DNA of 60,366 bases, filler included. It is 3 parts of 3 records of this genome, joined end to end, with 100 filler letters (N's around TTAATTAATTAA, not from the genome) between each part and the next. Parts side by side here need not be neighbours in the genome. Positions count along the whole stretch, not along the records: positions 19,177 to 42,941 come from SRR22947725_218; 2 more parts are not named here. One strand, given 5' to 3'. Position numbers and translations under genes: made by a program. Shown piece after piece: positions 19,711 to 28,801 of this stretch; positions within the stretch are counted from its first letter, which is position 1, and each line of letters opens with the position of its first letter. The notes beneath the pieces are model-generated. The model was not told the origin of the DNA, searched no databases, and saw nothing but the letters and a program-made list of their open reading frames with translations.

Positions 19711-20694
19711 ATGCAAAAATTACTAACAACCCTTTTTATAATTAGTCTTTCACTTCCAGCTGTTTCATCATTATCAATAATGACATATAACGTAGAAAAT
19801 TTGTTTGATACATTAGATGATGCAGGAAAAGACGATAAAGCCTATCTTCCCCTTGCCCAAAAGCAATCTAAAGAACACATTGAATCATGTAATAAGGTTA
19901 AAGTTCAAAAATGGAGAAATGAATGTCTATACTTTGATTGGACTGAAGATGCTAAAAATAAAAAATTAAAAAATATCAAAGAAGTAATTCTTTCAGCTAA
20001 ATCTGATGGGCCTGATGTAATTGCATTTCAGGAAATTGAAAACATTAATGTTCTCTCAGATTTATTCAATCTTTTAGCTCCTTATGGTTATGTAGACTTT
20101 TCTCTTATAGAGGGCAATGACTACAGAGGTATAGATACTGCATACATATCTAAATACCCATTAGAAAATAAGTCATTACATAAAATTATATTTTCTCCTG
20201 AATTTGCAACAAAAGATACTAGGCCTATATTTGAAGCTCAAATACGCATAGATAATATAACTTACAGACTTTATAACATTCATTTTCCAGCCCCATATCA
20301 TCCAGTTGGAATGAGGAAGGATGCATTTAATTCACTTAACTCTTTAACTGAAGCTCATAATGATCCGTTTATAGCTCTAGGTGATTTTAATGTTACAAGA
20401 GTAGAGGCAAATATAGAGAGAACCTTTTATAACATAGAAGATAAGTGGTTAATATCAAATCATGAGGGCTGTAATGACTGCCTGGGTTCACATTATTATT
20501 GGAGAGAGAAGTCGTGGTCTTATCTTGATAAGATTATGATCTCTAAGAAAAGAGGGCTCTCTTTTAAAATAGATTCTATAAAAACCGTTGTTGATGATAT
20601 AAACACTATTAATAGAATTCCAGAAGGATTTGATACGAAGTCTGGCCATGGAGTTTCAGATCATTTACCAGTTTATGCAGAAATAGTTCTTTAA
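19711..20694 (+). CDS. Secreted endonuclease/exonuclease/phosphatase-family protein
   Basis: Signal peptide; YNVENLFD, QEIEN, RGID, GDFN, LDKI, SDHLPV. Confidence 0.9.
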   Translation: MQKLLTTLFIISLSLPAVSSLSIMTYNVENLFDTLDDAGKDDKAYLPLAQKQSKEHIESCNKVKVQKWRNECLYFDWTEDAKNKKLKNIKEVILSAKSDGPDVIAFQEIENINVLSDLFNLLAPYGYVDFSLIEGNDYRGIDTAYISKYPLENKSLHKIIFSPEFATKDTRPIFEAQIRIDNITYRLYNIHFPAPYHPVGMRKDAFNSLNSLTEAHNDPFIALGDFNVTRVEANIERTFYNIEDKWLISNHEGCNDCLGSHYYWREKSWSYLDKIMISKKRGLSFKIDSIKTVVDDINTINRIPEGFDTKSGHGVSDHLPVYAEIVL

Positions 20695-21039
20695 TTAATT
20701 ATTAAGTCTATAGTTCCAAAGATGAGAGATTATCAATACTGTTCCAGAGAGTGCAGTAAGTATAATTTCGTAAAATATTGGTATAAACAACCCTACAAGT
20801 AATCCAGTAATTCCTATCAATGCAAGAAGCATAGGTTCCTTTTGCTTATGTTTTATATACCCAGAAGGAAAGCTCAACAATCCAATAATGAAAACTACTA
20901 AAAGTAGCAATGGATGTATTACTTCTTCAGAAGCTGTAATAAAACCAATAGACCCAACTCCTCCCCATAAAAAAAGACTAAATAAAATACAATGAACGAC
21001 ACAAAGTCCAGAGAATAAAATACCTAACCTATCTTTCAC
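20695..21039 (-). CDS. MerC-domain membrane protein
   Basis: DRLGI..SGLCVVHC, H, E..LT..G..L..H..N pattern; about 4 hydrophobic segments. Confidence 0.82.
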   Translation of the reverse strand: MKDRLGILFSGLCVVHCILFSLFLWGGVGSIGFITASEEVIHPLLLLVVFIIGLLSFPSGYIKHKQKEPMLLALIGITGLLVGLFIPIFYEIILTALSGTVLIISHLWNYRLNN

Positions 21040-21060
21040 GAAGAAATTTTTGAGAGGTTT

Positions 21061-21459
21061 TTAGTCTCTCCAACCACCTCTATCAAATATTCGCATATAT
21101 GTAAGCTGGTCATGCTCTGAATCATTTATGACTTTTGCATAATCTCCTGATTGAACTAAAACAACGTCACCAGATGATAAATCATATGAATCTTCATGTT
21201 GAATCCCATACGAAGGATCTGACCCATGGCCTTCTGTTGAGTTCATATACTCAATGACCTCCATAGTTCCTCTTCCGTTGGTAATAATATAAACAACATC
21301 TGAATCAATTAACTTATGTCCTTTTGTAGACTTACCAGGCTCAATAATAGTTCTACTAGCTATCACTCTTTCAAGCAAACTATTTGTCCAGACTGAGTAA
21401 TCACTTCCAGCTGTTTTTGGTGCACCACCAACTCTAAAATTATTATATTTTTTTGCCAT
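21061..21459 (-). CDS. Cupin-fold protein with degenerate metal site
   Basis: PGKSTKGH...VYII..G.G.M...GDVVLV..G...V.N cupin pattern; GAGG RBS. Confidence 0.7.
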   Translation of the reverse strand: MAKKYNNFRVGGAPKTAGSDYSVWTNSLLERVIASRTIIEPGKSTKGHKLIDSDVVYIITNGRGTMEVIEYMNSTEGHGSDPSYGIQHEDSYDLSSGDVVLVQSGDYAKVINDSEHDQLTYMRIFDRGGWRD

Positions 21460-21523
21460 ATCTTACCTCTTTGATCAATTATATGAATTTAAGTTAAAGT
21501 TACCATACTTTGAAGGTAGCCTG

Positions 21524-21553
21524 TTGTAAATCTTTATAAAATAATTATATAAT
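21524..21553 (+). promoter_or_regulatory. Putative sigma70 promoter for the metY leader
   Basis: TTGTAA (21524-29), 18 bp, TATAAT (21548-53); predicted start falls just before the riboswitch P1. Confidence 0.55.
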
Positions 21554-21560
21554 CTGTCAC

Positions 21561-21611
21561 CACGCTTTTTGATTCAGCTTGCTAGCGTGTAATAAATAAG
21601 CTAAAAAGAAG
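21561..21611 (+). ncRNA. SAM-II-class riboswitch aptamer (H-type pseudoknot)
   Basis: CACGCT/AGCGTG P1; U-rich L1; TTGC able to pair with GCTAA; A-rich L3 TAATAAA; 3' GCTAAAAAGAA; upstream of metY. Confidence 0.8.
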
Positions 21612-21677
21612 AATTCTTAAAAAAAATTCCTATTTTTTTATGCTGATAATATTAACTTTTATTATTAGGAAAATATC

Positions 21678-22973
21678 ATGACGAAAATATACAAAAACCC
21701 AGAAACAATTGGCTTGCATGCCGGTTGGAGAAAAGATGAGAATACAAATTCAGTTGCAGTTCCAATTCATCAAACTACCAGCTACGAATTTGATAGCACA
21801 GAACACGCTGCTAACTTATTTGGATTATCAGAATTAGGTAATATTTATTCGCGAATTATGAACCCAACATGTGATGTGCTTGAAAATAGATTAGCTGCAT
21901 TAGAAGGAGGGGTAATGGCGCTTGCAGTTTCTTCTGGCCAAGCAGCATCAGCATATGCTATTCAAAATCTTGCAAAGAATGGTGACAATATTGTTGCCTC
22001 ATCTCATCTTTATGGCGGGACATACAATCAATTTAAAAATGTCTTTAATGATATGGGAATAGAGGTAAGGTTTGTTGACCCATCTGATCCTAATAATTTT
22101 TTGAAACAAACAGATGATAAAACAAGAGCATATTATGGCGAAATTTTACCTAATCCAAGCTTCGAGGTATTTCCAATTCAAGAGGTTGCAGATCTAGGAA
22201 GGCCTCTAGGTATTCCGTTAATTGTTGACAATACAGCAGCTCCAATAATCTGTAAACCTATTGAGCATGGAGCAGCGGTTGTTATTCATTCCACTACTAA
22301 ATTTATTGGTGGTCATGGTACGTCCATAGGCGGAATAATAATAGATAGTGGTAATTTTGATTGGGAAAGTGCAGGAGCAGACAGACAACCCGCATTGAAT
22401 ACACCTGATCCTTCTTATGGAGGTGCTGTATGGGTTGAAGCAGTTAAACCTCTTGGACCAATTGCGTATCTTTTAAAAGCTAGAGTTACCTTATTAAGAG
22501 ATATGGGGGCAGCTATGAGCCCATTTAATGCTTTTATGTTCATTCAAGGACTTGAGACATTATCTTTAAGAATTAAGGAACATTCAAAAAATGCAGAAAA
22601 AGTTGCACAATTCTTATCCTCTCATGAGGCAGTCGAAAGAGTTATCTATCCTTCAGTGCAAACGGGCACTGCTAAAGAAAGGGCTGAGAAATATCTTAAA
22701 GGTGGAAATGGGGCACTTATGGGTGTTGAGCTTAAAGGCGGAGTAGAGTCTGGCAAGAAGTTTATTGACTCTTTAGAGCTTCTCTATCATGTTGCAAATA
22801 TAGGTGACTCAAAGTCCCTTGCTATTCATCCAGCAAGCACTACTCATAGTCAGCTGTCTCCAGAGGAGCAATTAGCAGCAGGGGTAACACCTGGCTTTGT
22901 TAGATTATCTATTGGTATAGAACATATTGATGATATTATTGAAGACATCAACCAGTCATTAGAGAAAATTTAA
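21678..22973 (+). CDS. metY: O-acetylhomoserine aminocarboxypropyltransferase (sulfhydrylase)
   Basis: PIHQTTSY, GNIYSRIMNPT, HSTTKFIGGHG (PLP Lys), LLRDMG, HVANIGD, HPASTTHSQL. Confidence 0.95.
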   Translation: MTKIYKNPETIGLHAGWRKDENTNSVAVPIHQTTSYEFDSTEHAANLFGLSELGNIYSRIMNPTCDVLENRLAALEGGVMALAVSSGQAASAYAIQNLAKNGDNIVASSHLYGGTYNQFKNVFNDMGIEVRFVDPSDPNNFLKQTDDKTRAYYGEILPNPSFEVFPIQEVADLGRPLGIPLIVDNTAAPIICKPIEHGAAVVIHSTTKFIGGHGTSIGGIIIDSGNFDWESAGADRQPALNTPDPSYGGAVWVEAVKPLGPIAYLLKARVTLLRDMGAAMSPFNAFMFIQGLETLSLRIKEHSKNAEKVAQFLSSHEAVERVIYPSVQTGTAKERAEKYLKGGNGALMGVELKGGVESGKKFIDSLELLYHVANIGDSKSLAIHPASTTHSQLSPEEQLAAGVTPGFVRLSIGIEHIDDIIEDINQSLEKI

Positions 22974-22978
22974 TCATT

Positions 22979-23485
22979 TTGAGCCAAGAATTAGTAACAT
23001 ATATTATTCTTGGCTCAAAAGCTCGTCTAACAAAAGTAAAGCATTTTAAAACAGATGTTCATGAACAATGTGTTCATTTAAATTATAATGACAATATTGA
23101 ACAAGCTATAGATTTAGCAGTTACAAAGTCTAATGGCGGCCTAATTGTATTACTTCCACCATCTTCAATACCAAATGTAGAAAGTAGAGCTACGCTTAAA
23201 AAGATATCATTAGTTAATGTATCTGCTTGGGGTTGGTTTAAATATAATAGTAAGCGTAAAAACCTAACTCAAAATTTAGGCAAGATATCTACATTTTTAA
23301 GCGGAGTCCCCGCTCTAGAGCAAGGCCTTTTTTTTAGTAAAAGATTATATTTTTCTATTGGTGGAATTGGTGAGGTTGGTAGCTCACCTTTCGCAGAAAT
23401 TTCTAAAAGATTTCAATCTCGTTTAGATCCTCAAAAACCTCTTCCAGCTCTTTCAATAAGAACAAAAAACCTTAAACTTAGTTAA
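22979..23485 (+). CDS. Hypothetical protein, remote GT2/TIGR04283-like glycosyltransferase remnant
   Basis: WGWF and EQGLFFSKRLYFSIGG resemble GDQGLF.R..F..GG of that family; no DxD motif seen; TTG start. Confidence 0.45.
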   Translation: MSQELVTYIILGSKARLTKVKHFKTDVHEQCVHLNYNDNIEQAIDLAVTKSNGGLIVLLPPSSIPNVESRATLKKISLVNVSAWGWFKYNSKRKNLTQNLGKISTFLSGVPALEQGLFFSKRLYFSIGGIGEVGSSPFAEISKRFQSRLDPQKPLPALSIRTKNLKLS

Positions 23486-24060
23486 TGGAGAGTTCATATT
23501 TAATAGAGGCCAGACAGCTAGCTTATAAAATTAATGAAGTTAAGTTATTTTCTAACTTTTCTTTTAACCTCAAAGCCGGTGAGGCATTGCATATAAAGGG
23601 ATCTAACGGCTCTGGTAAAACTACATTAATAAGAATTCTATGCGGAATAACTCCCTCAACAAAAGGAGAAATTTTAAAAAAAGATGACTTGGTATTTACC
23701 TACTTAGGACATAAAAATGCTCTTAAAACATACCTTAGCATTAGAGATAATATTTCCTTGCTAGGGCTTTCTAAAAATGAAGATCTTAAAACCCTTCTTA
23801 CTTCTCTTAATCTTCAAAACAAATTAGATGTAATTATTGCCAATCTATCTTTTGGACAGCAAAAAAAAGTTGCCCTTCTTAGAATTTTTTTAAGTAATTC
23901 AGATCTAATATTATTAGACGAACCATTTGTTGGGCTTGATTCTGCATCCCATAATCTGCTTTGTAAATTTCTTGATAGTAGATTGAATAATGGAGCGGGG
24001 CTTATATATACATCTCATATATCAGCAGGCATAGCTTCAAAAGACATATCAATAGATTAA
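23485..24060 (+). CDS. ccmA: Heme exporter ATP-binding subunit
   Basis: GSNGSGKTT, YLGHKNALK, LSFGQQKK, LLDEPF. Confidence 0.92.
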   Translation: MESSYLIEARQLAYKINEVKLFSNFSFNLKAGEALHIKGSNGSGKTTLIRILCGITPSTKGEILKKDDLVFTYLGHKNALKTYLSIRDNISLLGLSKNEDLKTLLTSLNLQNKLDVIIANLSFGQQKKVALLRIFLSNSDLILLDEPFVGLDSASHNLLCKFLDSRLNNGAGLIYTSHISAGIASKDISID

Positions 24061-24716
24061 TGAAATTATTACTACCATATACAAACGAAGCACTAAAACT
24101 TATTAAAAAAACAAGAGCTTGGATAGGCCCAATTCTTATATTTATCTTAATCATGGTAGCTTTTCCATTAACAGTTGAACTATCAAGCACAAATCTTTCA
24201 GATGCATTCTATCCAGTACTTTTTATATCCATCTTGCTTGTAATGATGCTTGCTACAGAAGATATTTTTCTTGAAGACTACGAAGATGGAAGTTTAGAAC
24301 TATTATTGATCTCAAAAAAATCATTGACGCAATGGGTTTTCATAAAAATATTCATACATTGGCTATTTATAGGGGCCCCCATATCCCTTCTAGGTGCTTT
24401 TTTCAATATTGGAGCTAATAATGATTTAAATTCGTCTTTAATGCTCCTCCCAGCACTTGGAATATCAACATATATTTTTTTAATTTTATTTTGCTTCGGT
24501 AACTCCCTTAGTCTTACTAAAGGTTCTGTTTTAGGAACCCTCATAACTTTACCTCTTACGCTTCCAATATTAGTTATTTTAGGCAAATTAACTTCTGCAA
24601 TAATCTTTAATATTAATTATTTTGAGTTTTTGATTCTGCTTTTTGGTATCTTATCGATTATAATATTCGCATTTCCTGCAATTATTTCTAGAATTATAAA
24701 AACACATTTGGAGTAA
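24060..24716 (+). CDS. ccmB: Heme exporter membrane subunit
   Basis: F.EDYEDGSLELL, K..IHWL..G.P, LPL.LPILV. Confidence 0.92.
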   Translation: MKLLLPYTNEALKLIKKTRAWIGPILIFILIMVAFPLTVELSSTNLSDAFYPVLFISILLVMMLATEDIFLEDYEDGSLELLLISKKSLTQWVFIKIFIHWLFIGAPISLLGAFFNIGANNDLNSSLMLLPALGISTYIFLILFCFGNSLSLTKGSVLGTLITLPLTLPILVILGKLTSAIIFNINYFEFLILLFGILSIIIFAFPAIISRIIKTHLE

Positions 24717-24740
24717 TTGTTAAGAGAAATCTTAATTATT

Positions 24741-25472
24741 GTGATAAAAAAGTTTATACATCAGTTTGCTTCTCCGAAGACTTATTTCTATCAAGTGGAT
24801 AGACTGTACCCATGGCTTTTATATATCTCTCTCTTTATATATTTATTTGCAATCATTTGGGGTCTTTTGTTTACACCTAAAGACTTTGTTCAAGGGCACT
24901 CATACAGGATAATATACTTTCATGTTCCTGCATCCTTTGTTGCACAGTCCTTGTATGCAGCTATGGCAATATCAAGTGCTGTATTTTTAATATGGAGAGT
25001 AAAACTTGCAGCATATCTAGCTAGATCAATAGCGCCCATTGGAGCAATGGTAACTTTTATAGCTTTGGTATCAGGCTCTATATGGGGGATACCTACTTGG
25101 GGGACTTGGTGGGAGTGGGATGCAAGAATCACATCTACGCTAATCTTATTTATAATGTATCTAGGACTAATATCTCTTCATAACTCTTTTAATAACTTCG
25201 ATAAGGCAGACAAACTCTTGGCCTATCTTGCAATTATAGGGTTCATTCAAATACCTATTATTAAGAAATCAGTTGATTGGTGGAGTTCTTTACACCAACC
25301 AGCTTCTATTACCATCTCAGATAAACCCTCAATCGATCCGTCTATGTTATATCCTTTATTTATGTCTATGATTGGCTTTACTGGTCTAGTGGCATGCCTT
25401 GTAATACTTTCATCTAAAGTTCAAATCTACATTAGAGAAAAAAATAAGAGTTGGGTAAAAGATCATGTCTAA
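24741..25472 (+). CDS. ccmC: Heme chaperone-loading membrane protein
   Basis: RIIYFHVP, WWD domain WGIPTWGTWWEWDARIT, SVDWWSSLHQ; GTG 24741 likely start. Confidence 0.96.
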   Translation: MIKKFIHQFASPKTYFYQVDRLYPWLLYISLFIYLFAIIWGLLFTPKDFVQGHSYRIIYFHVPASFVAQSLYAAMAISSAVFLIWRVKLAAYLARSIAPIGAMVTFIALVSGSIWGIPTWGTWWEWDARITSTLILFIMYLGLISLHNSFNNFDKADKLLAYLAIIGFIQIPIIKKSVDWWSSLHQPASITISDKPSIDPSMLYPLFMSMIGFTGLVACLVILSSKVQIYIREKNKSWVKDHV

Positions 25473-25623
25473 TTTTGCCTTTAGTTCATTATCAGATGTT
25501 TTAAATATGGATGGTCATGGGGTTTATGTATGGGCAGTTTTTAGCCTATTCCTTATTACAATTTCAACTTCATTTTATATTTTTAATTTGTTAATAAAAA
25601 AATATCAGAAAAGAGTTAAATGA
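25465..25623 (+). CDS. ccmD: Heme exporter protein D (52 aa, absent from ORF track)
   Basis: Hand translation MSNFAFSSLSDVLNMDGHGVYVWAVFSLFLITISTSFYIFNLLIKKYQKRVK; M.G.G.YVW motif; overlaps ccmC stop and ccmE start. Confidence 0.9.
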   Translation: MSNFAFSSLSDVLNMDGHGVYVWAVFSLFLITISTSFYIFNLLIKKYQKRVK

Positions 25624-26021
25624 AGGTTCATAGAAAAAAAAGACTCATAAATATTTTGTTGCTGTCATTGCTTTCAGGATCAGGTGTATTAATGGTTTTG
25701 TATGCCCTAAATTCTAATCTTGACTATTTCTTTACTCCATCTGAACTAATAACAGAAGAAATATCTGATAACAGAAGAGTAAAAGTTGGGGGTATGGTGC
25801 TTGAAGGTTCAGTTGATAGAGATAATACAACTATTAATTTTACAATTACAGATTACAGCGAAACTGTAGACGTGTCTTATACCGGCATAGTGCCAGACCT
25901 TTTCAAAGAAGGAAGCGGGGTGGTTGTTTTGGGCTATCTTAATGAAGGAAAGCTTGATGCAGAAAAGGTATTAGCAAAACATGATGAGAACTATATGCCA
26001 CCGGCTCTTAAAGAAAAATGA
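25620..26021 (+). CDS. ccmE: Heme chaperone
   Basis: FFTPSE, VGGMV..GSV, GIVPDLFKEG, LAKHDENYMP. Confidence 0.96.
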   Translation: MKVHRKKRLINILLLSLLSGSGVLMVLYALNSNLDYFFTPSELITEEISDNRRVKVGGMVLEGSVDRDNTTINFTITDYSETVDVSYTGIVPDLFKEGSGVVVLGYLNEGKLDAEKVLAKHDENYMPPALKEK

Positions 26022-27910
26022 TATTAGATATAGCACACTATTTATCTATTTTATCGACAGCAATTTTTATGCTTACTTTCACATTAGTACTAATTCTAGA
26101 TAGATCAGTATCCCATTCAACGTTACTTATAAAAAGATCTTACTCTCATGCTTTTCTGCTCTTTTTAATTTCCTTTCTTTTGTATGTGTATTTGGCCTTA
26201 ACAGATAACTTTTCTGTAAGTTATATAGCTCAGCACTCTAACTCCTTACTTCCTAACTTTTATAAAGTAACTTCGATTTGGAGTGCTCATGAGGGGTCAA
26301 TGTTTTTATGGATTATCTTTCTCTCTCTATGGGGGTTTATATTTAATTTATCGACTGACCGAGATTTAAAAGTTAAAAACCTTAGCATAGGTATCATTTC
26401 AATTATCATTGTTGGATTTCAGCTTTTTCTTTTAATAACTTCAAATCCCTTCGAAGTAGTTTTGCCTTTTGCTCCAGAAAATGGAGCTGATATAAATCCT
26501 GTCTTACAAGACCCAGCTCTCGCAATTCATCCTCCTACACTATATCTTGGCTATGTTGGATTTGTTATTCCTTTTGCATACGCTTTAGCATTTTTAATAA
26601 ATAAAGATCAATCAATAGAGTGGGAAAAAAAAGTTAAGTCATGGTCAGTTATGGCGTGGGTTTTCTTAACAATAGGTATTTCTTTGGGTTCATGGTGGGC
26701 TTATTATGAGCTAGGATGGGGCGGTTACTGGTTCTGGGATCCAGTAGAAAATGTAGCATTAATGCCATGGCTTGCCGCTACTGCTTTCCTTCACTCTTTG
26801 AGCGTAGCTTCAAAATCAAATGTATTAAGAATATGGACATTGTTACTTTCAATTATTGTCTTCTCTTTAAGTTTATTTGGAGCATTTATAGTTAGGTCAG
26901 GAATAATTGATAGCATACATTCTTTTGCAAATGATCCCCAAAGAGGGATGTACTTGCTAGCTTTTATAGCAGTAATTCTATTTGTATCTTTAGGTCTATT
27001 TGCCTCAAGGCTAAATATGTTTGAATCATCTAAAAATATTAAAGCACTCTCAAAAGAATCTTTTATTTCATTAAATAATATATTTTTTGGCGTGCTTATT
27101 TTTTCAACAATGATGGGAATTACATATCCGCTCATTTATGAGCTCATCTATGATCAAAAAATAAGTGTTGGAGCTCCTTTCTACAATGCAATATATGCCC
27201 CAATAACTATTTTGGCCACCATGATACTAGTTATATCAATAGACTCAAGGTGGGGAAGAACTATTGATACTGGAAGAAGCTTTAATATGTTATATATCTC
27301 ATTAGCTATCGGCCTAATCGGCCTTTCTCTAATAAGATATTTTGCTGGTGATATGTCATTTATCATAATGATTTCATTTTTAATGGGATTAATAATAATT
27401 TTTAGATACTTGATTTTAGTTGTTAAAAATATCCTTGAAAAAAAATATATCAATACTCCTAGTGTCATTGCTCACACTGGATTAGGGTTATTAATTTTAT
27501 CAATATCAGCAAATTCAATTTTAAGTAGTGAAAAGGTTTTTAACATGAAGCCTAATGAGGTTAGAGAATTTGAAAATATAAGAATTGAATTTAATGATCT
27601 TGAATTATTAAATAACTCTAATCATGACTCTATTAAAGCAACCTTTGCCCTTGATGCTAATGGTAAATCATTTTACCTTTCACCAGAAAAAAGAAAGTAT
27701 TTTGCTAGAGGGCAAATAACCTCAGAAACAGCAATAAAAATAATGCCTATGAGGGATATATATTTAACAATAGGCGAGCAGCTTGAAGGAGGTCAATGGG
27801 TTGTCAATGTTCAACTAAATTACTTTATTAGGTTTATATGGCTTTCAGCAGCAATGATGGCATTTTCAGGGTTATTAATAATAAGCAATATAATTAGGAG
27901 AAAATCATGA
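26018..27910 (+). CDS. ccmF: Cytochrome c heme lyase subunit
   Basis: W.AHEGS, HPP.LY.GYVG, WAYYELGWGGYWFWDPVEN, VRSG...SIHSFA. Confidence 0.97.
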   Translation: MILDIAHYLSILSTAIFMLTFTLVLILDRSVSHSTLLIKRSYSHAFLLFLISFLLYVYLALTDNFSVSYIAQHSNSLLPNFYKVTSIWSAHEGSMFLWIIFLSLWGFIFNLSTDRDLKVKNLSIGIISIIIVGFQLFLLITSNPFEVVLPFAPENGADINPVLQDPALAIHPPTLYLGYVGFVIPFAYALAFLINKDQSIEWEKKVKSWSVMAWVFLTIGISLGSWWAYYELGWGGYWFWDPVENVALMPWLAATAFLHSLSVASKSNVLRIWTLLLSIIVFSLSLFGAFIVRSGIIDSIHSFANDPQRGMYLLAFIAVILFVSLGLFASRLNMFESSKNIKALSKESFISLNNIFFGVLIFSTMMGITYPLIYELIYDQKISVGAPFYNAIYAPITILATMILVISIDSRWGRTIDTGRSFNMLYISLAIGLIGLSLIRYFAGDMSFIIMISFLMGLIIIFRYLILVVKNILEKKYINTPSVIAHTGLGLLILSISANSILSSEKVFNMKPNEVREFENIRIEFNDLELLNNSNHDSIKATFALDANGKSFYLSPEKRKYFARGQITSETAIKIMPMRDIYLTIGEQLEGGQWVVNVQLNYFIRFIWLSAAMMAFSGLLIISNIIRRKS

Positions 27911-28440
27911 AGCTTCTTCTTAAGATAATTATTTTTATAATTCCGCTTATCATTTTCTCTTTTTTCTACCTTTATCTTTCTAAAGACAATTCATATCCTG
28001 GTGCTGATTATAAAAAGTTTGATTTACCAGCCTTTGAGCTTCAAAGCCTATATGATGAAAATTTCATTTCTAATAATTTATTAGAGGGAACTTATTTGGT
28101 TAATGTGTGGGCAAGCTGGTGTATAACTTGCAGAGTAGAACACGGCTTTTTAACAGAGCTCTCTAATAATAATATCAATATAGTTGGATTAAATTATAAA
28201 GATAACAGGGATGATGCAATTGAATGGCTTGTTAAATATGGCAATCCTTATGAAGTTGTAATTCATGACTTGAAGGGAAGTCTTGCTTTAGATATGGGAG
28301 TGACTGGAGCACCAGAAACATTTTTAGTTTCAGATCAAAGAGTCATTGCTCATTATAGGGGCGAAATCAATAACATGATTTGGAATGACGTCTTTTTACC
28401 TGCAATCAAAGAAAGAGGTCTTGTCATAGATGCTAAATAA
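27907..28440 (+). CDS. ccmG: Thiol:disulfide interchange protein DsbE/CcmG
   Basis: NVWASWCITC, GLNYKD, GVTGAPETF. Confidence 0.95.
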   Translation: MKLLLKIIIFIIPLIIFSFFYLYLSKDNSYPGADYKKFDLPAFELQSLYDENFISNNLLEGTYLVNVWASWCITCRVEHGFLTELSNNNINIVGLNYKDNRDDAIEWLVKYGNPYEVVIHDLKGSLALDMGVTGAPETFLVSDQRVIAHYRGEINNMIWNDVFLPAIKERGLVIDAK

Positions 28441-28801
28441 ATTTTTATTCTTATTCTTTATCTCTTTCACTTTATTAGCTGAGTCTTACTATGATTTTCA
28501 GAATGATGAAGATGAAAAAAGATTCTTTAATTTAATAAAAGAAATAAGGTGTCCTAAATGTACAAGTGGGTCTTTAGCTAGCTCAAATGCTCCTGTATCT
28601 GAAGACTTAAAAAAAATAATTGCCGAGATGATTGAAGATAATAAATCTAATGAAGATATCAAGAGCTATATATCTGATAGATTTGGGAAAGAGACTCTAT
28701 ATGACACCCCCATAGAACCAAAGACTTATGCACTTTGGTATTCACCATTCGTATTTCTTCTTGCTTGCTTGATGATTTTCTTTTTTAGGAAAAAAGCCTA
28801 G
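28430..28801 (+). CDS. ccmH: Cytochrome c biogenesis protein CcmH (thiol-reductase domain)
   Basis: IRCPKC, SNAP...DL, RFG...LY.P, LW..P. Confidence 0.92.
   Translation: MLNKFLFLFFISFTLLAESYYDFQNDEDEKRFFNLIKEIRCPKCTSGSLASSNAPVSEDLKKIIAEMIEDNKSNEDIKSYISDRFGKETLYDTPIEPKTYALWYSPFVFLLACLMIFFFRKKA

Noticed and set aside
20691-20701. TTAATTAATTA resembling the linker
   Set aside because: No flanking Ns; produced by back-to-back stop codons of two convergent intact genes
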